Shown: piece after piece, positions 10,561 through 24,193 of the stretch
Layout: every line of letters starts with the position of its first letter
Numbering within the stretch: the first letter of the stretch is position 1
Assembly: GCA_048772705.1 (NCBI GenBank)
Contig: JBLWGC010000143.1
Location: forward strand, 103,969 to 167,968
DNA: 64,000 nt
Direction of reading: 5' to 3'
From: Leidyana gryllorum EB-2025a
Lineage: Eukaryota; Protista; Apicomplexa
Made by a program: the position numbers and the translations under genes
The notes under the pieces: model-generated
What the model was told of the DNA's origin: nothing
The model's database searches: none
What the model saw: the letters and a program-made list of their open reading frames with translations, nothing else

Positions 10561-10677
10561 CAAAACAACATCAGCTTCTTCCCTGCAGTCGACTCGATAG
10601 CTTTAACCAAACGCGACATGACATTGTGTTGATGAAACTACTTATTCGTGACTGCCTTTTTTCAGCCCCTAATCTCT

Positions 10678-12306
10678 ATGATTCGGATAGCGGCCTGTTC
10701 ATTACTCCTGATAGCGACAACCGCTGCCTCTCTTGTGGGCGACCTTGCGGGGCCCCTCAAGTATGACAGCCGAGCCGATCTTCCCGATGCCCAGGACGTG
10801 CCTGGAACCGTAGAAGCGATCGTGGCTGAGACCCACCTGGACTCAACCACCACCACCACCCATCAGCACCAGACGCACTCTGCACACCATTCGGCAGCGA
10901 AGAACCACCACCGCCTCGGCGGAAAAGTGTCGCCCGAAGTGGAAGCGGAGTTGGAAGTATACGTCGCAGAGCATCACCAGTAAGCTGCTACTCCCTGCAT
11001 CCTATCGCCCATACATCCTACCGTCTCCGCTCAGTTTACCCTTTGAGTACTACCCGAACAAATTCATTTACAGCGAGGAAAACGTGACTCAAGAAACCTT
11101 CATGACACATCCAGTGGTACATGCCAATGCCAAGGGCGGAAAGCGCGACACGTGGCAAGAATTCAAGTACAGGTACCAGGGTAAGATCAACATGACCCTC
11201 ATAGAGGAACTGCTGGATGGAGAGCGTTTCAAGAGGAGGTCAGAGGCGTTCACCGATCGCACGAGAGGCCTATTGGCTAATGAAATACATAGAGCCCATA
11301 TGTTCGGGTTCTGTGATGGAGTCTCGATCAACTCCATGTGCAACAAGGAGATGGGATACTGTCTGGAGATGTATCTACCGGTGGCCTACTTTGCTCACCT
11401 CCATGGATGTTTGGGAACCTCCGGCGGGTACGCAGGAACCGAAGCCTTCTATTTCTTCAATTCTGACCACGTCGTAATGGATCCGCATCTTGCCCCTCTA
11501 GACTTTCACTGGGACGACCTCGAAGGCGCACACCCGATGTGGCGAGAGTACCTGCGGGACCGTCAAAACGGTCTCAACCCGCGCGGCCCCGGCCGAGCCT
11601 CACGCTTCCCTTCGTACGGCTTCTCATGGCCCCCGGTCAAAGATTTCTACCATAATGATTTCCTGAGCCGTTTAGGCAAGAAAATAGCGATTGTCGGCGG
11701 CAAACATACGACGGAATGGTCAGGGCCTCCGCTCAACACCTTCGCGGAACCTGTGTATTTGGGGCCCATCATTGACACTCTGCTCAAACATAACTATATA
11801 GTCGTCTATAAGCGTCCTGCAGAGAAGATGGGAGTCGACTCCGCTTTCCAAGAGGTGCAAGACCCGGGTGACTTCGACTTTATCCGCAGCACCTATGAGG
11901 ACGAGGATGTAATTTTATGGCAAGACTTGGAGGACGATGTGCTGCCTCTGGGGACCGTGGGGCCCGAGATCACCTTGCAGAACGTTTTGATGCTCACTAT
12001 CTATGCCAATTCTGAGCTTTTCGTCGTCACTCAGGTGAGGCACAATCACTCTCTCTTCCAATCTAGCCTTTTGTACAGGGTGGCAACGGCGTAATTGCGA
12101 GTCTGTTCGACGGGGAGGTGTTCATTTACCATGCAGCGGGCGGCGAGTGTCTGGAGCACAATTTGCCACCGTTCACTGACCAATATGTGTACTCTAGATG
12201 GAGCCAACACGCAGGAGCGCGATTCACTGTTGTCAACTACCACGCCGATCTTGTCCGCAACCTCGACGCCCACCTTCTCCAAAAAGAGGCCGCAGTGACG
12301 CTTTAG
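10678..12306 (+). CDS. Signal-peptide/anchor protein with putative GT-B-like glycosyltransferase domain; exons 10678-10979, 11035-12034, 12079-12306
   Basis: Introns 10980-11034 (55 nt) and 12035-12078 (44 nt) splice in frame. Hydrophobic N-terminus, Thr/His-rich stem, then EMGY...PVAYFAH, FYFF, EWSGPPLN, VVYKRP, IYANSELFVVTQGGNGVIASLF. Confidence 0.55.
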
Positions 12307-12322
12307 CTTTCCTCCCCACATC

Positions 12323-13606
12323 TCACACAGCATCCAATTGCTTTAGGTCTGAAAGTTTAGTAAAAAGGGGAAAAGGGTAGACAATTATCTCAGACGGAGT
12401 AACTTACTCGGAAGAATTTCGGTAATTGCTTGTCTGTAACCTGGACCAAGCGTCAGCTGCAAAGGGTTGCGCTCCAGATACAACTGATCATCGACCATAT
12501 CGTGTCACCAACTAGTCATTTACTCACGGTGTCGAGCTTCGGAAGCTTCGCCAATTTCCGGACTTCATTCAAGTCCGAAATCTTATTGTCATTGAGCCAT
12601 AACTCGTTCAGCTCCAACAATTCATCTAAATTGTCCAAGGTCGAGACGGCATTCTTGCTCAGATCAAGTAATTCCAAATGTCGCTGTGGTCACAAATGCG
12701 TGTGTGTGTGTTCACCCCAAGCTCAGCACTTACCAACTTGGTAATCGCCTTTGGGGGAGCTCCTAGGCGGTTTTCGCCTACATACAGCCCTACCAGTCTC
12801 GGACAATTGTCAAACAGGGTTTCGTCCCACTGAGTGAGACGATTGCATTGCAGACTGAGCTGCGTGAGTTCAGGCATCACGGGTACATTCATTTCTGAGA
12901 TCTTGTTCCTCCCGAGCCACAAGTCCTGTAATTTCTGGCAACAATCCAAACCCTCAATAACTCGGATACGATTGCATCCCAACTCCAGCGTTCGTAGCTC
13001 GGTCAGCGTCTCCAAACCTTCAATCTGAGCCAGTCATGTTCGCACGTGGAATAGTGCCGTGCTCACTCACCTTGGATATCTTGTTACTTGATAGGAATAG
13101 CTTCTCTAATTTAACCAGTGGCTCCAGCTCCTCGATCTTGCGTATTTGATTGAAAGATAGATCTAGTGCTCTGCACTCAGGTAGCCCCATAACCAGAGTT
13201 TCCGATTAACAAACAGACAAGGCTCATTATTGTCGTGCCATGCACGACAGACATTCACACACTCAACCGAGGCAATGCATTCGACTCACTCAAGATTGAC
13301 GAGGTGGCGAATGTTTTCGATCTTTGATACTTGATTTTGATATAACTCGAGTGCTATCAAATTCGGACAGTTGTCCAGACCTTCGATTTTCGATATGAAA
13401 TTAGAGCACAATGATAGCCTTTCCAGCTTTGTACATCGTTCCAGACCGCTTATCCGACCTAATCGGGCAATGTGTAACACAACTTCACACACATCATCCG
13501 GTTGCGGGAAGTCGGCCCCAAGATCAGTTCTGTTGGGTCCAGACTGATACTCTGAATCCCCTTCAGCACTGAAGTCACTGCCCTGAGTTACTGGTGCCTC
13601 CGCCAT
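12323..13606 (-). CDS. SDS22: SDS22 / protein phosphatase 1 regulatory subunit 7 (LRR), multi-exon
   Basis: LRRs LSLCSNFISKIEGLD, LELYQNQVSKIENI, LELGCNRIRVIEGL, LWLGRNKI, LWLNDNKI; LRR cap YLERNPLQ...YRQAITEILP/DLKQLDAV*. Confidence 0.88.
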
Positions 13607-13624
13607 GGCAAGAAAAAAAAAACT

Positions 13625-15238
13625 TCACACTCTCCGACTGTAGAATCCTGCCTTAGTGACATACCGGACCCACTTGGTCGTCTTGTACTGAACTTTCTCT
13701 TGGACTTTCATGAACCGCACTCTCAGTCCGGACGCAGTGAACATGGGAATGTCAAAGTCCAGGCTTATTGGTGCTTTGCCGCGGCCCAACCATGCTTTGC
13801 TGCTGGATCCATCGGTTAAGGGAGCCCCAGACAGGTCGATTTCCGCCACCATTGACCGCTCGGCATCCCCCTGGAAGCGCTTCATGCTGGGGGCCTTGTT
13901 ATTTCGTGTATGATAGTGTTCTTACCGCCAAGCAATCCGGTGCTCGCCTGGTTCAAAGACTGCCTTGCCGTAGTCTGAAAGACAGTTCGCGATTTGAAGC
14001 ACGGGACGGGGGGCTTACTGCACGATACTACGCGGACTCGTGCAGCTTCCGGGGGGGTTGGGAAAGTCAGTTGCACTTGGACAGCATGTAGGTGAGCGGG
14101 AAAGGTGGATTTGAGCTTAAGTGAGACTTCCACCCGGGTGCCGCTCTGTTGGATCACTGGTGTAATCTTGAAGGGGACGGAAACGTTACGTGATGTACGG
14201 TACATCAGAAGTTGGAACATCCCGTCCGGGGGCGTGAATACGATAGGTTTGCCCAAACTGGCTTCAGAGATGTTGTTGCCCCTCACACACTGGTGGAAGC
14301 GCACGGAGTCGAGCGCGACACCCGAAGACTTGGTAGCTACTTGCGCCCCTGCGGCCGCCAGTCTATCATTGATGGCAAACTTGCACTCGGGCATGCCGGA
14401 AAGTAAGCACTTCATGATGATCTGTCCTGCCACCTCGCAGCGCAATATCTCACCTGCGGATGTGACATTAAGCATCAGCCCCATCATTGAGCGTGAAAGG
14501 ACGTACCCGAAACCGAGAACAACGCATTGACATTTTCCAGAACATCGATGTATACCTCGTTCCGCTTGTATTTGATACTTCCCGACCGCCACGGGCACGC
14601 GCCGGTGACTTGGTTGGTGAAAGATCGGAGTTGACTTTGCGACTGGCAGAGATCGTTGGGTGGCTGCGCCTGGTAGGCTCGCTCACCATCTCTCCATTTT
14701 CACCCACGGAGGGCAGAATAACCGCTCTTAAGGTATCTCTGTCCAGGAATTGAGGGATCCCATAGTCCACAGCTTCTGCAATGAAGGGATGCGAGTGGCT
14801 CGACTGTTGGGGGCCCACCATCGAGAATGCATAATATGCCCGGCACGTGTCGGACAATCGCTTCCGGTGTGCAACTGCCGAGAAAATGGCTGCCTAAGCC
14901 CAGTGAGACGGAGGAGAGCGGCGGTACTCACCTGAGGGCCCCGTGTAAGCGCGTTAGGGCGACGAGGGCCTGCACGACGTTCCCGTTTCCGACTACGACT
15001 GCTACGAATGTAATCTCTTCGGGATCCCTGTACTTGAGGGTCGCGGGAGGAGCATTGTTGTTGGGTGCGCTCACTGCGTGTAAGTGACAAAATGAGTGTG
15101 GTCATCGTAGGACCAGGTTGGATTCCGTTCATTCAATCCTAAATAAGCATCCAACGCAGCTTGCTTAATATCCTGTTTGTAGTAGCGACTGCATAGGACC
15201 TCCGCAGAAGGACTGACTAGAAAGATAGCCCCTATCAT
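13625..15238 (-). CDS. AP2M1: Clathrin adaptor AP-2 medium (mu) subunit, multi-exon
   Basis: N-terminus MIGAIFLVS..EVLCSRYYK; DYGIPQF; KCLLSGMPECKFAIND; FHQCV; FTPPDGMFQLLMYR; FDIPMFTASGLRVRFMKVQEK...KWVRYVTKAG. Confidence 0.85.
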
Positions 15239-15403
15239 CCACAACAAAAAGGCGTCAAATAAAGAGTAGCGGGAGGGTGTGAACCTCGAATTTGTTGCCA
15301 CATCATGATGGCCTATGCATCCTACCATCTGCGCTTCAGGAGAGACCAACGGGTGGGTATGATGCTCAGTAGTGTGTGTAGACGGTGAGATTATGGGTTC
15401 CAG

Positions 15404-18400
15404 TCAGCTTGAATTTATCAAACCCGCGCCGGCATTGGGGACATTCCTGTCAAAAGCGGAGATTGGGAGCGGGGTGGGAGAGAGGGAAGGAAGCCAGCTC
15501 ACCTGCACAACGTGATTCTCCCAAAAGACAGTGAAATCCTGCAGATCCCCAAGAAAGGCGTCCAACGGGTCTTCAGTCTCGTTGGTGGGACGTTGAAGGA
15601 TTGGTGGGTCCGATTCTTCGCTCTCGCTGGAGTTTTGGCGCAGCACTGTCACCAGACCTGCTGAGGGAGTGCGAGACTCCATCGGCCGAGCACTTCTGGC
15701 TGTGGGAGGCTCTTCGCGACAACGCAGCAGGCCTTCAAGCCGTTGGAAAGGATTGGGAAACTCGAAGGTACGACGTGCATCCTGCAGCCGCCCATGATCT
15801 GCACAGAGTTACGATCTGGGGTCAGAAGGTCGGTGTGTTGCAATAACTGACATAGATTAATAGCTATGAAATCAGTGAGAGAGTAGAGATCAGTGGACAT
15901 GATCCAATACTCGCCAGGGAGTCTTGGGACCAGCTCGCGCTGTCAGAGTCAGTTGTTGGACGAAAGCCAAAGCGACAAAGAGAAAGATCCTCACCATCAG
16001 AGAAGAGCAGAAACGACGAGTTCCGTCTTCGCAGGGGAGAAAGTCATTTGACTCCCATAGCTTCTGACCGGAGCACTCTGTGAGTCGATAGCGATGGATG
16101 GGCTTGGGGCCGCAACGAGAGTACTCACGGCGACTTGGCCCAGATTTCTCCGCATTGCCATGCCAGCTACCCTCGGAGTCAGCAGACGCGGTACAGGATT
16201 CCGAGTACTTTCTCCCCAGCAGAAAGAAGTCCTTGAGACTCAATAGTTCCCGGCGCAATGTATGGACTTTGTGTATCGTTGGAACGATTCGCTGAAGTGA
16301 AAGAGGTAAGAGTAGTGGGCAGGCTTCAAAAATCCCACCTTCACAGCAGGATGGACCTGTCGGATGCTCAGGAGAGGAGCAGATCTATATCGTGTCAATA
16401 GGTCAGCCGCCGGCTGGGACACCTGCTCGGGGGGTCAAAGTTGATAGGAGGTGGACACTTTTAGGGGGACGCACTGTCCTTGTTGAGAAGTCCCACGTCG
16501 ATAGCACTGCCGACGGGATCACCATGCGTTTTGACGAGATACACTGATGACAGAACAACAGACCGGTGAATGCGCAGAAGGCACTCGTTCGCGGCCCATC
16601 GGAGGGCACAAAGGTGTAAGTCGACGACGGTTCTGGTTGAGTAGTCCAGCCCAGAGACTCTCGGACAGTGGCGATCCAGCGCGTCGGCAGGGAAGGGGGG
16701 GCGTGTATCCCGTTATTGCAACTGCACACACACAGAGAGAGAGAGAGAGGAATTGGTGTTGGTGAGTGAGATTTGAAAACACATACTGCGGACAGAGACC
16801 CTTCTGCTTGGATATGAGGGACGCGGGGGAACGGATTTCTGGTACCCTCGTGAAGTATTGGGCATAGTGGGAATCCGGTGACTTGGTTTGATTACTGTTA
16901 CAAGACTGCGAGAGACTACGCAGGCGATCAACAGCACCTTCGGACTCGTTCCAGGGTCTAGCTGCATAGTCGTGTTCGAACACATCAGACATGGGAAAGT
17001 ACGCCGACATTACGCCTTCCGCACGAGTTTGGCGATGTGGAGAATGTGCTCACCTGTTTGTGCTCCCCCCTCTTCTGTGTCGTGGCAGCCTCCATCTTCA
17101 CTCTCGCCATCCGTTGCGGTTTCTTCTTTCACACTGCTGTGTACTGAAAATCGTAAACTTGACTCAATTCGAGTCGTCGCAGGTCTGTCAGTTGGGACCA
17201 TGTCGCGTTTCAGGATACTCTTCGGCTTCACTCGCGCCGGAGTTCGGAGATCCAGAGCGGGGATATTGAAGCGCTTGTTGGCTCGGTGCCGCTCGAGATG
17301 CTCGTGGTGAAACTTGATCGGACTCCAGGGATGGGGTTGGTAGCTCATATCATTCTCGAGTTCCAGGGAGGCGAGGAACCCAGATTGCTCGAAGGACGGG
17401 CTCGACATTAGATTGCGTTTGGGGGGCGGGCCACCAAACACGGAGGACTCGCCTGACTGGTGAGTCGGTGCTTCGACTGGCGACTCGGAGCAGCCGGGGC
17501 ATCGCCAGTGGGGAGGGATTACGACGATCTGCTCTCCTCTGTTGATGGAGAAGCGGCGGGTGCGATTAGTCAGCTGCGAGGATCCTTGGGAATGCGGTGG
17601 TGCGGGTAAACTCGGCTTTGTGCTCTCTATGGATAGTTTACCCCCCCCCGGGAGCAGTGCCAAGGGGACGACCACTGGGTGTGACTCATCACTCTCCTCG
17701 CGTTGGTATGTTTCTGATTGTCTTCGTGGCGGGCGGCCCTCTGCCGACAGTGGGGGAGGCTTCATTAAGACGGGGTCCCCATCGGAGTGGCCCCGAACCG
17801 GGATGGGGAGCGGGGGGCGGATGGTTGTTGCTTCGGCCCGCGAGCCATCGCTGGAAGCAGTTCTGGGGGATGCAAAGGCGCCGTTAGCTTGACAAGACAG
17901 AAAGTTCTCAGTAAGTTGAACTCCTCGATCTGTCATGCAATCGAACGTCGTCGCGCTTGCTAATGTCTCGAGCTCCATTGAACGGGGGGTTGCGACAGAC
18001 TCGAAGTAAGCTGTCAAGTCTTTAACTCGTCTAATCAACTACACTGCTGCTCTGCATAGCTATCGACATCACTCACCCTGGTACTACACCCTTCATCTTT
18101 TATTTTGGCACTGTACGTTTCAAACTGCTGGGCACTTGCAAACACACCTGCCAGTGATCCCCACTAGTGGGAGGCGAAGGTGTGTCGTGCAGCCATGCGG
18201 ACATGAGATCACAAAAACGAACAAGTCGGTCCAAGTTTTCCCTCAAAGCTGTTCTGCGATTGGCATCCTGCTGCCTCCCGTGTTCGGCCTGTTGTCGGCT
18301 CACAGGCAGTAACGATAAGTCTTGTTCCAGGCAAGCATTAGTCTTCATCAAATCCATCAACCATGCTTGTGCCCGCTCGACTTTCATGTGGAGCTCCACT

Positions 18401-21400
18401 TCTGTACTTCGGACGGTCGTGGTCAGTTGTATTAACCGCCGTCTTTTCTCTTGAATACTATCTGCTGCATCGTCTATGCAACGTTGTTGCTCGATGACAT
18501 CCATTTCTCTCTTCTTTATCTCCCCTTCCAGTCGACTGAGTTGCTCTGTCGCACTCGTTGCAGTCGCCTCCATTCTGAACGCCGCCAAATATATCTCATC
18601 CGAACACACACACACACCCCTTCACCACTCACTCTGCAATCTGCTTCCGCAAATCGCCCATTCTTTTCACCAAAGCGCGTCCGTCGAGTCCGTTCGCCAG
18701 ACTCCGCGTACTCGCTTCGATGGCCGTCTCGATCTGGCGCAGTTGTAGCCCCAAGAGACTCTCCTGTCGCTTGGCCACCTCGGTCTCCTTGAGCAACCCA
18801 TCGAGGTTGTTCACAGGGGCGCATAAGGCTTGTATCCTATCGTCACAAGACCTCAACATGTTACCAAACATCTCGATGGTACTCGCGATGGTCCCTGCGG
18901 GCCGGCATTTACGATTTTTCATCCAACAGATCCAACCAGGAATCCGATCGAAAATGAAAATCACTCACCCTGCTCTCTCCACGGATGACCACCGATCGCC
19001 ATGTTCACCAGATCTGTAGGCAATCGACTCTCGATATCGGTCAAAACAGCCCGGACCAATCCGAAACACTCAGCCTCATGCCCCACTTCTCTGATTTGAG
19101 TGCGCCAGTCACCCAGGATTGAAGAAGGCACATCTCTGCGCGTGGCGTACCGATGATATTCAGCATTATTAGACTCAGTCACGACGCTTGTCGATAACGC
19201 CCCTTGCGCGGCTGTTGACGAGTAGTGGGTTGAAGTTACATGGAGAACAGGCGGTGGCTCGATCAAACCGCTATTCGGGTCTGATCTCCGGCGAGCCGCA
19301 GCAGCGTCCCGCAGAACGCTCCACTCGTCCCGTAAGGAGGTTACGAGTGGTCGCAAAGCTGAACTCGTGGCTCGGCGATGTTCAGCTTCGTTCAGTAAGG
19401 ATGTTAGATCGGCGATCTGGAGCCGCGCATCCTGTAATTTCCCTTCGATCATATCGCGATGCAACTGGGATTGCACCAACGAATGACTGACATCCTCTCG
19501 TTTCCGTGGCAGACTTTTCAGTCCACTCTCAACTTGATCAGCTTCGGTCCGCAACCGTCGAAGATCTGCCAGTGTCTCTTGCAGAGCTTCAGCAGACTCC
19601 CGTTTCTCTGAGATTAAGGCAGCCATCGACTCTGCCGCGGACCTGCAATTGGTCCCCATTTGGACATATTCCCGTTGAGCCGCTCTCAAAGATTCCTCCA
19701 AGATTGGGACTTGTTCGAGGGTTGCAGCCATATCTGCCGCTTCTGATTGAATAGCCAGCAGTCGATTCAGACAGTCAGCTGCGGATGTCCGCACGAAATT
19801 CGCTGTCTTTATGTACAGATTCAGCAGTCCCTCGTGTCGACCACTGAGCTCTTTCAATCTGATTCGGCTTCGTTCAACTTCTTCCATCCGCTCGTGAACT
19901 TGAGCTGCCAATCGATAGATAACGTGACCCGATCGCTGGGTATTGTTGGCATCGGCAGCCATCCCGGAACCCCTCCCTCCAACGAAGCTGACTGGAAGCC
20001 CAAAGGAGGGAGTGTTATTTTCACGGATGGCTGACGTGATGGTGGTGGCGCCCAAAGTACCATACGTATTGGGCGTTGCCGTAGTGAGAGCAGCCGGAGA
20101 CTGCACTCTATCGCTGAATGAGGAGCCCTTCCGTTCTGGAACGAAACTCAATCTGCGAATGCTGGTAGCTCTCGGAGTCTCTTCTGTGACGAAGCTACTT
20201 GGCTGTCCTGCCCAACTAGACTCCACGCTAGGGGCGACGAGCCCGCTGAAGTGCCCTTCATCAAGCAAAGGGCTCAGGTGGCTAAGGTCTGGACAGGGGA
20301 CAAGATGCTTCTGCAAAAGCTGTTCGAGATGGCGATAAGAGTCTTGCTCATCGCTCAATTTCGGAGCTATGAGTCGCTCATACCGTGTTTCCGCGAGTTG
20401 TTGGGCTATGCAACGGAGATTGGTGACTGTGTCAACAATGTCATCCCGTTCTATGTGCCCGATGCGCTCCAGACTCCCTGCTGCTCTCCTGTTGGTACTT
20501 TCAGCCCCCAGACTCGATCTGCCCGATCCTCCTCCGTCTTCGACAGACAGATCAATCAGCCCAAGGTCAGAACTCACTCCCGGGGAGCTCAGTCGTTCAC
20601 TTATCCCGTTCACCAGAATCAACAATGAAGCGCTGAGCTCTCGCGTCAACTGATGAGAGCTCCACATAACCTGACTCTGCAAAGCATTGAGGAGATCCCG
20701 ATCGTGGCGGATCAGATCGCGGATGCGCCGTACGCAATGTTCTGACAGCAAAGCGAATGTACCCTCTTCGGGATGCAAAACCGATCCTGGCGGCAAGTTC
20801 GGCAGCACAGAAGCGATGAAGGCCGTAGACAAGAAAGAATTATGGTGTGCGAGACGCGTTTGGGTGGGGACAAGGAACCTCGGCAAACTTCTTGACAAAG
20901 TCGGGGGGGAGTCCAGCTCGGGTCTGGGTGACCGGATCTGAGAGATGGAGCCAATTCGTCCGGGCATAACCTCAGCCTCGGCGGCCAGAACATTGAAAAG
21001 CCACAATACGTATTGAAGCTTTTCTTCGTCACTCGTCGCCACGACTCCCTGACAACCAGGAAAAATAGCATCTCGAGGTGAACAGCTCGAGGGGGTGGAG
21101 TAACTTGTGGAGGCAGAGTCTGCTTCATTATGGATAGTCTTGATCAAATTATCCCACACCATGTTGGTGGCGTACATAATCAACGGAACATCCAGCCCGG
21201 GGGCCGGAAGCATCTCGTGGGGTGCAGCCAGACGATGGGTGTCCGCCTGCTCTACCAGTTCTTGCACTTGATATACGAAATTATCATCGGCACTGGACAG
21301 AGCACCCAGCGCCTTGGCCAACCGGCTGAGCTCAAGATGTCTCGCGCAACGCTCAGACACCGTTGCGCGAGCGTCGCCTTGTAGATGGCGCAGGGCCGTG

Positions 21401-23481
21401 CCCAACGAGACGCGAGTTCTCTTGATGGGATTCAGGGGACCCTCGCCGTCGTCCTCCATCTCATCAGAGTACGATCTCTGAGTGTTCGAGGTGGGGTCAA
21501 CAACGAGGGCATCGGGATTATGAAGGATCTCTCCGCACATTGAGCTCCAATGTTTGCTCCCGCTCGAACAGCTCCCCTTGGGGGTATCCGTGTCTCCAGT
21601 CGACAGGCTGTTGTTGGCAGGGGGAGCGGAACGAGGGAAACGCACATGGATTAGGGCGACCAAACAACGCGCTGTCACATCAGACGACGATGTAGAGAGG
21701 GCTTGGGTCACACTCGAGGGGGAGGCTGGAGGAAATGAGAAAATGACTCTTTCGACTGAGCAGTCACAAAGAAGCACTTACTAGCGAGGTGTGTTTCCAG
21801 TAGAGAGAGAGTAGTTGGATGCTTTGTCTCCAAAGCGACACCTGTGAGCAAAACCAAAAGCGCCACGAAGGAGTGTAATGGCGTTTGTCGGACATGTTGT
21901 GAGATCTCCGTCAGTACAGAATCGGAGCCCTTCATCATTATCACTTCGGCCATCGCCACCGGATCTGTGGAGACACACCAAGAACAATCCGATTCAACTC
22001 CACCGTCGTTCACTCACCGTGCATAACCAAAGAAAGCAATATCTCCTTGACCGGGTCGACAATCAAAGAAGAGGGAGTCTCTTCGTCGTCTGGAAAGAGT
22101 CGTCAAGTTGGGAGAATGTGGGTGGACCTTTCTTCTGTTGCGCACTCACCATACAGAACCGTGTGGAGCCGACCAAGGAAGAGAAGCAGTTTTATGTGAC
22201 TTCTGGTTCGTATCAGAGTAGTCTTGACATCAGTAGCTTTGCTATTGATGAGATGGACCAACAAATCGACCAGAAAGGACGACATCAGCAGCCAAACGGG
22301 CCGTGAAGAGATTGACAAAAGCTACAAGGGACGCGATTGTTGTCCGACACACACACGTGTGGGGGGAGCGAAGACCTCACCTGCTGCATTATGCGCCGAA
22401 TGACACTGTGATGGGCGAGTTTACGCTTGGCTTCCGCGGCAAAGTTGAACAAACGTCCGACAGTAATCAAAACGTGAGCTTCAGTCGCGCCGAGAGGCAC
22501 GTGCATTGCGGGCGAGAGCTTTCCCGACGCTGCGATTGATGACATTGAATGCCGCGGCTCTTCCTGCTCACCAGACAACCTTCTCTCCGTCAAAAATCTG
22601 CGCGCCATGTCGCTCAGTCTTCCATTTGCAACACCCAATTGGAAACGATGATCTTGGGATAGGGAGGATGTGTGCTGTTTACGCAGCTCCCTTGAGGTCG
22701 AACGGCTGGTGGTGGTGGGAATCAGTTTTGGAGAGCTCCTTGCGTTGTGAGGGGCTCACTCACCATCGGCAGTGAAGAGCAAGAAATTGTGCGATAGCTG
22801 CCGTCGCTGGAGATAGCTCCAGGAATTTACTGGATATCAGATTGGAGAAAAGTCGCGCCGAGAGACTCACAATAAAGGCCTGGGCCATCCTCCAGTACGG
22901 CGGGAACGCTTTCTCGTTAGATTTTCAAGATAGACGTTTAGTAATTGTTGACGTCTGAGGGGCAGAGGGATGGCGGGGTGGTCAAGAGGGTCTCTCACTG
23001 CTCAACGAAAGCCGGATCCATACGCCCGAAGGTCCGTTTGGGTGGTAAATCGGGCAATTGGGCGTCATCGCCAAGCTCATCGCATATCTCGGGGAAGCGT
23101 ACCACAGATACAATGACAGCCTACCCTTGAGTGCAAATCAACAAATTCACGGAAGCGTCGCTTGATCACAGATAGTGCGCCAACCTCAACTATTTCAATG
23201 AGGAATTCCTTGGGGAGGAATCAGTGTTATTACATCGCGCAGCCGCTCACTGTGTAAGCCCCTGTGAAAGCCGAGTAAGCGGTGTGGTGATTCGCCACTC
23301 GAACTGTCAGGAAGGGTTTTTCGTCACTGCACTGTCCGCGAATGGACGTTGACTTTATGTCTCCGGTCTCCTGATTGGTGGCAGATTGATCGCTTGTCGC
23401 AGTATCGACGCGATCAGAGAGTGTCGACCCCGTAAGAGACCCGAGACTTGATCGAGTCTTGCGACGCGCGCGGCCGTTCAT
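15404..23481 (-). CDS. Large multi-exon protein: N-terminal PX domain, central coiled coil, C-terminal Rubicon-homology (DEF8/PLEKHM1-type) domain
   Basis: Spliced PX motif KRRFREFVDLHSR/ICDELGDDAQLPDLPPKRTFGRMDPAFVEQ/RQQLLNVYLENL (~22900-23200). RH motifs KQKGLCPQ, FCAFTGLLFCHQC...VIPSAVLSTWDF, DLYSLTDFI. ORF fragments end at gtgag/gtaag-type donors. A single-gene model is likely, but not every junction was resolved. Confidence 0.6.
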
Positions 23482-23584
23482 CGTGGGGCACGGAAAAAAA
23501 CAGCCAAACTTACCCCATCTCAGGATGTGAAGCAACCTGGTGTGGTGCTCGGCTGCTTGAGTAGCTCCAAAAAATTGACCAGAC

Positions 23585-24193
23585 ATGCCTGCCACCGCGG
23601 GTCGTATCCGTATGCCAGCCAATAATCGGCTGAGCGTATCGGACTCCCTCAAGCTCTCAGAAATATGGGTGAGTGAACTTCTCACACGACTCCTTATTTA
23701 TCCCCACTCAGCAAAAATCGGTTGGCTACGACCCATATGCTCCCACAAATGAAGCTGCGCACAATGTCCCAGGCGCGGAGTCTGGTGCCGAGACCCGATC
23801 CTGGGGTATGTACGCTCTCAGCCAATTGGCTGGAACGTCGTCCCAAACTCCGGCTCAGACCCCGGGAGCCTGTCGCCGATGCGGCCAAGGTACGTTTCGC
23901 GTGTTTACTTCTCCTTTTTCATGTTCAGTTCAGTCGGGCACCTCAGCTATCAATGTAGAAACTACTTGATGAAGGCACGTGCAACAGATGAACCAGACCA
24001 GGGGGTGCAGGCAGCAGACCACGAAGAGAGCAATGTCACTGCTGACAAGCGTCGAGTCGGTGCAGAAGAAGATTTTTGCTCACGGAAAAGGCGAGTCCTG
24101 CGCCACATTGCCAAACGGCGGGCCAAGAGCCACAGGTCTCGGGCCAATTGTCGCCGAAAACTGGGAGGAGGAGGAATGAAGGATCAGCGATAA
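23585..24193 (+). CDS. CAX-interacting protein 4 (CXIP4)-like CCHC zinc-knuckle protein; exons 23585-23668, 23712-23889, 23934-24193
   Basis: MPATAGRIRMPANNRL...IW/QKSVGYDPYAP and GACRRCGQ/VGHLSYQCRN. Introns of 43 and 44 nt. Confidence 0.88.
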
